The position numbers and the translations under genes were made by a program. Positions 56,822 to 64,000 of a stretch of 64,000 nucleotides of DNA are shown piece by piece. The notes under the pieces are model-generated. The model searched no databases, was not told the DNA's origin, and saw only the letters and a list, made by a program, of their open reading frames with translations. How positions within the stretch are numbered: position 1 is the first letter of the stretch; each line of letters opens with the position of its first letter. The stretch spans positions 64,001 to 128,000 of the forward strand of contig JAGVWC010000009.1 of NCBI GenBank assembly GCA_018304465.1, in the 5' to 3' direction. This DNA comes from Candidatus Iainarchaeum sp. Lineage in GTDB: Archaea; Iainarchaeota; Iainarchaeia; Iainarchaeales; JAGVWC01.

Positions 56822-59068
56822 ATGCGGTTTTGGTCTGGAATCGGTCTTGGCAGCGGGGTGTTGCTGGCTTTTTTTTTGGTGTTTCAAACCGTTGCGGCGG
56901 GAAACATTGATTTTGCGGCTAACGAATTGGCGAGTCTTTCGTGGGCGTGTAAAAGTCCCGGCATCAGTTGCGGTCCAGCGGGTTCGTATAATTGCAGCGG
57001 CGGAATAACGAATGATGTCACGTCGTGCAACGATACCGCGAACCAGATTTGCAAAGCGTATAACGACGGTACATGGTTTGCAACCGGCGCGTATTGGGGA
57101 ACCGGCACCACGCGAACCATGTTTGGTCATCCGGGCCTGGATAATTGCTATCGAAGAACCTATCGTTTGACCCTGAGTGGTTGGGTTCCGAATGAGTGGG
57201 TGCCCTACCCCAAAAGCGATAATGGAACTTACATCGGAGTGGAAGTGGGTTGTTGGCCGCCGCTTGACTCGGTCCAGCCGTTTCTTCCCGCGATGACGTG
57301 CGGAAGCTGCTTGGTGAGTTTTAGCTGCGCGCAATGCAACAATGAATGCACGGCGGGCGCGACACGCTGCAGCGGTTCCTCGGCGCAAGTCTGCAGTGCG
57401 AATTCGAATGGTTGTTTGTCCTGGCAAAACGTCGCCAATTGCGGTGCCGCAAGTTGCGGAGCGGGGGGAACCAGGTATTGTAATGCCGCGGGCGATGTCG
57501 TGCAAGACCAGACGTGTTCGGGCGGATGTAACAACGGAAGTTGTGTCGGCGACTGGACCAACAGCCAACTTGTTTCCAACTGCAGTCCCGGAACCACCTA
57601 CAGCGCATGGAGCGCGCCTTACTGCAAACCCGGAGATTTGACCAAAACGTACCATACCCGCGATGTCCTCACCAAGGGCTGCCGCGGGGCACCTGGAACC
57701 TGTTTTACGGACAACAGCGAAGAAGAAGCCGTTGCGAATAATTGTAGCGCGAGTCAAGTGTGTTATAGCGGCGCGTGTGTAGATGTGGTGTGTAATGCTT
57801 CCGTTGCCCCGACGCCGATTCTTCGAAACAATTCTTCCACGTATACCGGCGCCTACCAGGGATTCGTAGCCAAGCCAGGCACGGGTCCGGCCACGCTTAA
57901 CTGCGGAAACAATTCTTACGCTTCGATCGGTTGCACGGATCCGGTTGGAACCAACGGAACCTGTACCGCGGATTGCGCGTATCCGACTGCGGGAACTTTC
58001 ACGACGAGTTCGTTTTTGCTTTCTTCCAACGGATATTCGGCAACGTGTGCCGCCCAAAACGTGTGCGTCTATAATACCTGCGCGGATATGCCGGGTCGCT
58101 GTGGAAACGTTCCGCTTGGATGCGGACAATTCGACCCCGCCTGCAACAACTGCACCGCAGGAACCGAAGCATGCGTCAACACCGACTGCCGCGTCATCAG
58201 CTGCAACGTTTCATCGCAATCGCCGATCACTCCCCAAAGCACGTCCACGATTTCGATTGGATACACTGGATTTGCGTCAAAACCCGCAGGTTCAATTCCC
58301 TGCGGAACCATTCCGCAAAGCAGCGCGACGTTGAATTGCACCAATCCGAATGCGAATGGCGACGGAACCTGCACCGCGACCTGCGGACCGTTTTTCACGG
58401 TTGGCAACTATTCCACTCAGTCGTTTGGTCTTTCCAATGGCGAAAGCAATGCCGCGTGCGCTTCAAGCGTGGTGGAAGTCGGTGGAGTTTCGGGCACGGT
58501 TTCGATTTTTATCCGGACACTCAATGGAAAAGGCGAGGATGTTTCGCAGTTCGCAAAAAAAGATACGATCAACGTGGTGATTGACGTGGTTAACAATACT
58601 TCGAATCCGATTGGCGGACCCGGAAACGATTTGTCGGTTTCGTTTTTGACCAAAGAAGAGAATCTGAAAAAAAGAATCAACGTGGGGTTTTCGGCGGGCG
58701 CCAATTCCGCGATCAACATCGATTCGGGTTCGGAGGACGTTGATCTGAAACCGTTGGATTTGTCGGACGGTATTTTTTTGTTGCGGGTGGCGATTCCAAC
58801 CGAAGGCGCGAATTTCAGCCGCGAATACGTCGCCGAAATTCCGTTTGAAACCCGTCGTTTCGAAGAATCGACCGGTGAAAAACTTTTTCTTCAAGCCACT
58901 CCGTTTTCGAGCCAAAAATATATTTCCGTGCTGGATATCCAGGCCAGCGCGGTTCCCGAAACCAACGTAATCGGAGCCGCGCTCGTGGGGTTGTTGGCAT
59001 TGGCGTTTGTTTTTGGCAGTCGGCAAAAAAAGCGCGTTTTTTTGGTTTTAAGGCCAAAAGGGCAATAG
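56822..59068 (+). CDS. Cys-rich secreted protein with VPET-TM-basic C-terminal sorting signal
   Basis: Signal peptide; many Cys; AVPETNVIGAALVGLLALAFVFGSRQKKR. Confidence 0.85.
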   Translation: MRFWSGIGLGSGVLLAFFLVFQTVAAGNIDFAANELASLSWACKSPGISCGPAGSYNCSGGITNDVTSCNDTANQICKAYNDGTWFATGAYWGTGTTRTMFGHPGLDNCYRRTYRLTLSGWVPNEWVPYPKSDNGTYIGVEVGCWPPLDSVQPFLPAMTCGSCLVSFSCAQCNNECTAGATRCSGSSAQVCSANSNGCLSWQNVANCGAASCGAGGTRYCNAAGDVVQDQTCSGGCNNGSCVGDWTNSQLVSNCSPGTTYSAWSAPYCKPGDLTKTYHTRDVLTKGCRGAPGTCFTDNSEEEAVANNCSASQVCYSGACVDVVCNASVAPTPILRNNSSTYTGAYQGFVAKPGTGPATLNCGNNSYASIGCTDPVGTNGTCTADCAYPTAGTFTTSSFLLSSNGYSATCAAQNVCVYNTCADMPGRCGNVPLGCGQFDPACNNCTAGTEACVNTDCRVISCNVSSQSPITPQSTSTISIGYTGFASKPAGSIPCGTIPQSSATLNCTNPNANGDGTCTATCGPFFTVGNYSTQSFGLSNGESNAACASSVVEVGGVSGTVSIFIRTLNGKGEDVSQFAKKDTINVVIDVVNNTSNPIGGPGNDLSVSFLTKEENLKKRINVGFSAGANSAINIDSGSEDVDLKPLDLSDGIFLLRVAIPTEGANFSREYVAEIPFETRRFEESTGEKLFLQATPFSSQKYISVLDIQASAVPETNVIGAALVGLLALAFVFGSRQKKRVFLVLRPKGQ

Positions 59069-59118
59069 AATTTATATAATAGAATCCCCTAATGGTGTGG
59101 GTTAACGGCCGGGATAAT

Positions 59119-62100
59119 ATGGCGATTCTGCAGACATTATCGGAATGGTATGCCAAGGCAGAAGACAAGTTTTTTTCGACCTTGGATTGGCTGGATTCCA
59201 AAGGAGTCCCAGTGTACGCGTACAGCAACGCGTTGGAATCCAGGGGAATTCCTTCTTTTCCCGTCACGGTTTGCCTGATTGTATTGCTGTTGTTTGGTTT
59301 GGCGTGGCTTTTGTTCTTGCCCGCGGCCAGCGGAACCACCTTGGATTTGGGTTTAACCGACCAGGGAGAAAACGCGTTGTCGGGCGTATCCGTCAAGGTT
59401 CTGGATGAAAGCGGCAAAAATATTTTCGAAGGAACCAAAAACAACGGGGATTCGATTGCGCTTTCGGGAGTCGTGGGAAAAGAATTGTCGGTGCTTGCGT
59501 CCAAAGACGGTTTTGATCCCGCATCCACGAAAATACGCGTGCGAAGCGAAAACGAAAGCGTTTCATTGATGCTGCAAAAACAATTCATTCCCGTGGTCGC
59601 CCAAGTGCGATTCGTGGATTCGATTACGGGGGTTCCGATTACGAACGCCGCGGTTTCTTTTTCCTGGCAGAATCTGAACCAGACCGCAACCACGGACGCC
59701 AACGGTTTTGTCACGTTAACGGGTTTTCCCGGAAACGAGGATATTTTGGTGGCGGTCACGTCGGATAATTACGAGTCCAAGCAAAGCACGATTCGGCTGT
59801 TGGACGGACAAAAACAAAGCATTCCCTTGGTTCCAAAGCAAAGCGCGCAATTCGGAAACGCGAAAATCATCGTTAAAGTATTTGAAAAACAAACGCAGTT
59901 GTCCCTCGATGACGCGCACGTCGTGCTGTTGAATCCACAATCGAACGCGAGTTATTCCGAAGGATCCACGCAAGACGGACAATTCATCGCGGATCTGCCC
60001 AAAGGCACCGTGTTCGTCGCGCGGGTTTCAAAAGGCGGGTATGTCAAATTCGTTTCCGCCCAGCAAACCGTTCGCGACGAGGAAATGCAATTGAACGTGG
60101 AGCTGGTCAAAGGCGGAACCAAAGTTCGGGTCACGGTCCAGTCCAAAGAAAGCAGTTTGCCGCTGGCGGGCACCTTGGTGTCATTGTACAAAACCGACGG
60201 TTCACGGGTCGAAGAACAATCCGCGCCGTTTAGCGGAACCGTGGATTTTTCGGGATTGCAACCGGATGAAAATTATTTCGTCGGCGGTTATTTGACGGGG
60301 TTCGTTCCGGCGCTCGAGTTTTTTTCGCCGTTTGAAACCAACGAATTGACGTTGGAATTGGAAACCGAAAGCACTTCGAACATGGCCAAATTCAACGTGT
60401 TCGTCACGGGTTCGGACGGTCTTGCGGGAAACAACGCGGGCGTATCTTTTTTCGAAGTGATCAACGGGTATACGATTCCCACGGGTTTGCCAACAGTAGT
60501 CACGGAGTACGACGGATACGTGTCCATCAAGGCGCCGGTTGGAAAAAACATTCTTGGCCGCGCGTCAAGAGGACTTGAAACCGGGGACGCGAACAAGATC
60601 GTCGCCTTGGGAGAAAACAATGTTGCGATTCGCATGAAACTCACGGACACCGCCAAGCGACTGCGCGTACTCGGGTTTGACGGAAACCCCGTAGTCCAGG
60701 CATTCTTGCACGTCGAATCCCCGTCCAAAGAAGTGTTGTTTGACGGAAACATCGGGGACGACGGCAGTATTTTGTTTGACGCCAAAAAAAGCGATTCCAT
60801 TAACGTCACGGTTTCCTTGCCGGACGGAAACGTGTTTTCAAGCCAGGAAATAGTCAAAGGAAAAAGCGAAGTCATCGTGCGGTTAAAACCCAACAACACG
60901 GACGCGCTGGCTCCGCCCATCAAATTTTTGGGACTCGAACAATCGGATGGCACCGTGGTGCAAAGCCTCACGCCGGGAACCGAATATTGGGCGAAGTTCC
61001 AGATCGACTGGGTGGAAGGACAATACCGCGGCGGCGTGCATGTGCGCATCGGAAACGACAACGAACCGTTCGCCGAATCCGACGATGTCGGAATCATGGG
61101 TTTTGACGCCGGCGGGTTTTCGTCGTTCGCGTATTCGCGTTCGTATTCCCCGCTTCCGTCCCCCGGAAACGAATCCCTCGATCTTCGCAACAAAGGCGAA
61201 GCCGGCCAGTACAACAAATGGGCGGAGATTTATTTTGACAATCCGAAAGGAACCCAGATTATCCGCGTGAAAGTCAAAGCGAAAGAAACCATTTCCAAGC
61301 AAACCGTTTTTCTGCATTACCGCGCGTGGTCTTTGGTCGGAACCGCGTATCACCGGTCTCCGGAAGACCCGGAATTAAAGAACGAACAATTCTCGAATTC
61401 GAAAACCGCGTTGTACGCGCAGACGAACGCGGAAACCCTGTCCGTGTTTTCGACACAGCCCGACTGCCAGGGAAAAGCCTGCGCCACGTTCACGATCGTT
61501 TCAAGCGACGGGGAAACGGTTCAAAAATCCGATTTCACGTACGCGGCGCGTGGACGCGTCTACGCGATCGAAGCCACGATTCGAAGCCAGCAAGCCATGG
61601 GCGCGCTGATCAAAGCGACGACCCCCAAACAAAAACCAAAATTGTTTTTTACGGGAAGCGAAGTCGAGAGTTTCACGCAGTTCATTGACACGAATTCCAC
61701 GCAAACCGCGATGGAAATCAACGATTTAAGCGTGCTTGAAAACGTCGAGCGAAAAGCCCGCATTTATTTCAAACCAGTCCAGGACGGCCCCGCGACGATT
61801 CACATGGAGTTTTTGGGCGAGGACGTCATCGTCAAAGAGGATTTCTTTTTCAATGTCGGCGAGGACAAAACCTTGTTCGTGGCGGTGGAACCCGGAATCG
61901 TTAATCTGGGTTCTTCATTCAAAGTCATCGTAACGGACGACAAGAACAAAGGAGTCGAAAACGCCACGGTGCACATCCGCGATAATCTTAACGCGATCGC
62001 GTCAAGCATTGTCGGCAGTTCGTCGTTTGGAATGGGTCGCGGCGGAGAATACGGTTTTGGAACCACGATGGGCGCGGGAGAATTCACCGCTGAGGTATCC

Positions 62101-64000
62101 GCGCCGGGTTACGAGCCGAAAACGGTTTCGTTTAGCATCAGCGCCAATGACGCGCTCAGATTGCCGGAAGAAATTATTTTGAAGATTCCGATGGGACAGC
62201 CCACCGCCAATATGGCCGTTGATTTGGAGAATATTTCCGCGGGAGTCATCCGCGATATTTCAACCGAAGTCCAGCAAAACGGTAGCTGGCCGTACGAGTT
62301 GTCCTTAAACGCGGGAACGGTTTCGAGTTTGCGCCAAGGACAAAAAGGAAAACTGGATGTCACGGGAACGTTTGCCGGGGACAGCAATCGCGTGGTGCAA
62401 GGCGAAGCCGACGTAATCGTGAAAGGATACGTCACGGGCAAATATCCGGCGATCGCGTCCACGCACGTGATTGTGTCGTATAACCAGCCGTTGGATCCGC
62501 ATTGTCTGGTGTTCGAACCCAAGGAATTGACCGTGTATTTGGCCGCCAACGCGCCGTATCCCGGCGTGGATGGTCTCTTAAGCCCGAACAAGTTTTACTC
62601 GGATTACTCGAAATACAGCGCGTCGTACGCGCCGTATTATTCGAATACCCAGGACCAGTCGAATTACAATTCCCAGTTAAACCAAGGCCAATACGGCGCG
62701 TTGTATGACCAGTACAACACCAATGGCCAGATCAATTCGCAGATGGATCCGCGGTATTCACAGTACAACGATCCGGGATATACTCAAAACGGATCGCAGT
62801 TGTACGGCGGATCGTATTCCCAGCCCAGTAATTATTACGCGCCGTATTCGAACGTGTACGAGGATTACGATAACCAGCAAAAAGAACTGGAAATTCAGGT
62901 CAAAAACAATTGCGGCGTGGCACTGAACCTGACCGGCAAAGTTGTGGCCAAGCAAGGCGGAAACACGGACCCGTTTATTCAGGTAACGGCGCCGCCGCTG
63001 GTGTTGCAACCCAATGAATCCACGACCACGACGATTTCTGTTAGAAACCTGCGCGATCGTATCGTCAGCCGTCAGGAAACCCGAAACTTCGACATAACGT
63101 ATGCTTCGAACGCGAACCTCGCGACGCTTCCCTTGCATGTCGTGCTGTGGGATTCGCGATACGCCTTGGCGATGCGCGACAACATCGTCATGTATTTGTC
63201 CCAAGGCGCCAAAGGCGAGCCCGTGATTTCGGCCGAACCGATTTTCGTTCGCAACGTGGGGCTTCAGGACATTGAAAACTTTAATATTTTCCTTTCCGGC
63301 GACACGTATCAAAATGGCGTGGACGTGCGGATCACACCCAGCGGAGACGTTCCGATCCTAGGACGAAACCAGGTGATTTTTCCCCCCAAGATGCTGGTCG
63401 CGGAACTGCGCGGCGGAACCGACAAAGGCCGCTTGATCCGCGCGCAAATCATCGCCACGGGAATGATTAACGGAAAAGAAATGGAACTTCGGCGCGCCAA
63501 TGTGTGGATCAATGTCAGTGCGTACGAATGCCTGCGGATTTCGCCGGCGGAATCCCTTGATTTCGTCAGTCAGGAATCGCGCATCGGAACCATTGACAAG
63601 AAAATCAAGGTGCGAAACACCTGCGAAGAAGCCGTGCGCGTCGCCGACATCCAACCCAACAAATTGGGCGCCAACGAGGTTTCGATTGTTCCGATCGCAA
63701 GCGATATTCTCGCTCCTGACGCCGAAGCGGAGTTTTTGGTGCGCGTCGTCAAACGCCAGGATTACAAGAGCCAGAACCTGAATTTTTCGGTTGTTGGTCT
63801 CACCACGGTGTCGCGAAAATTCATCGGGTCCAATCGTCTTCATGCGCTCGTGGAACTCGGTCAAACCGCGGTGTCCACGGGGGTCTCGACCGAAGCCTAC
63901 ACGATCAACGTGTGCAAGGAAGACGGAACGATTTCCGCGGAAACCCGTCAAGTCAAATTCCCCAAAGTCGCGTCTACCGCCAATTGTGACAAGGCATATT
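59119..64000 (+). CDS. Giant membrane-anchored surface protein with carboxypeptidase-regulatory/Ig-like repeats, 3' partial (not in ORF track)
   Basis: ATG at 59119; frame +1 reads open at all points checked; MAILQTLSEWYAKAEDKFFSTLDWLDSKGVPVY..., TM, repeated SKDGF/TTDANG/SKGGY beta modules. Confidence 0.88.
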   Translation, partial: MAILQTLSEWYAKAEDKFFSTLDWLDSKGVPVYAYSNALESRGIPSFPVTVCLIVLLLFGLAWLLFLPAASGTTLDLGLTDQGENALSGVSVKVLDESGKNIFEGTKNNGDSIALSGVVGKELSVLASKDGFDPASTKIRVRSENESVSLMLQKQFIPVVAQVRFVDSITGVPITNAAVSFSWQNLNQTATTDANGFVTLTGFPGNEDILVAVTSDNYESKQSTIRLLDGQKQSIPLVPKQSAQFGNAKIIVKVFEKQTQLSLDDAHVVLLNPQSNASYSEGSTQDGQFIADLPKGTVFVARVSKGGYVKFVSAQQTVRDEEMQLNVELVKGGTKVRVTVQSKESSLPLAGTLVSLYKTDGSRVEEQSAPFSGTVDFSGLQPDENYFVGGYLTGFVPALEFFSPFETNELTLELETESTSNMAKFNVFVTGSDGLAGNNAGVSFFEVINGYTIPTGLPTVVTEYDGYVSIKAPVGKNILGRASRGLETGDANKIVALGENNVAIRMKLTDTAKRLRVLGFDGNPVVQAFLHVESPSKEVLFDGNIGDDGSILFDAKKSDSINVTVSLPDGNVFSSQEIVKGKSEVIVRLKPNNTDALAPPIKFLGLEQSDGTVVQSLTPGTEYWAKFQIDWVEGQYRGGVHVRIGNDNEPFAESDDVGIMGFDAGGFSSFAYSRSYSPLPSPGNESLDLRNKGEAGQYNKWAEIYFDNPKGTQIIRVKVKAKETISKQTVFLHYRAWSLVGTAYHRSPEDPELKNEQFSNSKTALYAQTNAETLSVFSTQPDCQGKACATFTIVSSDGETVQKSDFTYAARGRVYAIEATIRSQQAMGALIKATTPKQKPKLFFTGSEVESFTQFIDTNSTQTAMEINDLSVLENVERKARIYFKPVQDGPATIHMEFLGEDVIVKEDFFFNVGEDKTLFVAVEPGIVNLGSSFKVIVTDDKNKGVENATVHIRDNLNAIASSIVGSSSFGMGRGGEYGFGTTMGAGEFTAEVSAPGYEPKTVSFSISANDALRLPEEIILKIPMGQPTANMAVDLENISAGVIRDISTEVQQNGSWPYELSLNAGTVSSLRQGQKGKLDVTGTFAGDSNRVVQGEADVIVKGYVTGKYPAIASTHVIVSYNQPLDPHCLVFEPKELTVYLAANAPYPGVDGLLSPNKFYSDYSKYSASYAPYYSNTQDQSNYNSQLNQGQYGALYDQYNTNGQINSQMDPRYSQYNDPGYTQNGSQLYGGSYSQPSNYYAPYSNVYEDYDNQQKELEIQVKNNCGVALNLTGKVVAKQGGNTDPFIQVTAPPLVLQPNESTTTTISVRNLRDRIVSRQETRNFDITYASNANLATLPLHVVLWDSRYALAMRDNIVMYLSQGAKGEPVISAEPIFVRNVGLQDIENFNIFLSGDTYQNGVDVRITPSGDVPILGRNQVIFPPKMLVAELRGGTDKGRLIRAQIIATGMINGKEMELRRANVWINVSAYECLRISPAESLDFVSQESRIGTIDKKIKVRNTCEEAVRVADIQPNKLGANEVSIVPIASDILAPDAEAEFLVRVVKRQDYKSQNLNFSVVGLTTVSRKFIGSNRLHALVELGQTAVSTGVSTEAYTINVCKEDGTISAETRQVKFPKVASTANCDKAY

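Noticed and set aside
56792-58129. Long antisense ORFs (also 11037-12044, 30654-31661, 34948-35706, 58815-59759, 60288-61217)
   Set aside because: Shadow frames of well-supported genes on the opposite strand

Overview
Gene-dense archaeal sequence, most consistent with a DPANN archaeon and probably Iainarchaeota/Diapherotrites-like. This is an inference from an intron-containing tRNA, a PAC2 chaperone, a CTP-dependent riboflavin kinase, an archaeosortase, class III signal peptides and giant surface proteins. 1-6 kb holds housekeeping and salvage genes (apt, mtnP, GGR-like, MGMT, aroF). 6-12.5 kb holds Cys-rich secreted proteins, including a membrane-anchored GH51-like glycoside hydrolase. About 12.5/15-27.4 kb is an accessory island anchored on the 3' end of tRNA-Gln(CTG). 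It has one frameshifted tyrosine integrase followed by 2.3-4 kb blocks separated by four degenerate copies of the tRNA 3' end (TTAGCCCC[A/G]GAGA). In three blocks the two ends carry matching inverted arms, and two blocks have no integrase. This integron-like tandem cassette array is the strongest candidate for an undescribed system. 27.5-37.5 kb has a decayed LAGLIDADG gene, uppS, a P-type ATPase, a minimal pilus ATPase/TadC set and PAC2. 38-64 kb is a large cell-surface region: a second type IV pilus locus (intein-containing ATPase, platform protein, about seven pilin-like genes, one absent from the ORF track), an archaeosortase beside a VPET-tailed substrate, and a >1600-codon surface-protein ORF running off the window. 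All homology calls come from reading motifs by eye; no searches were run.
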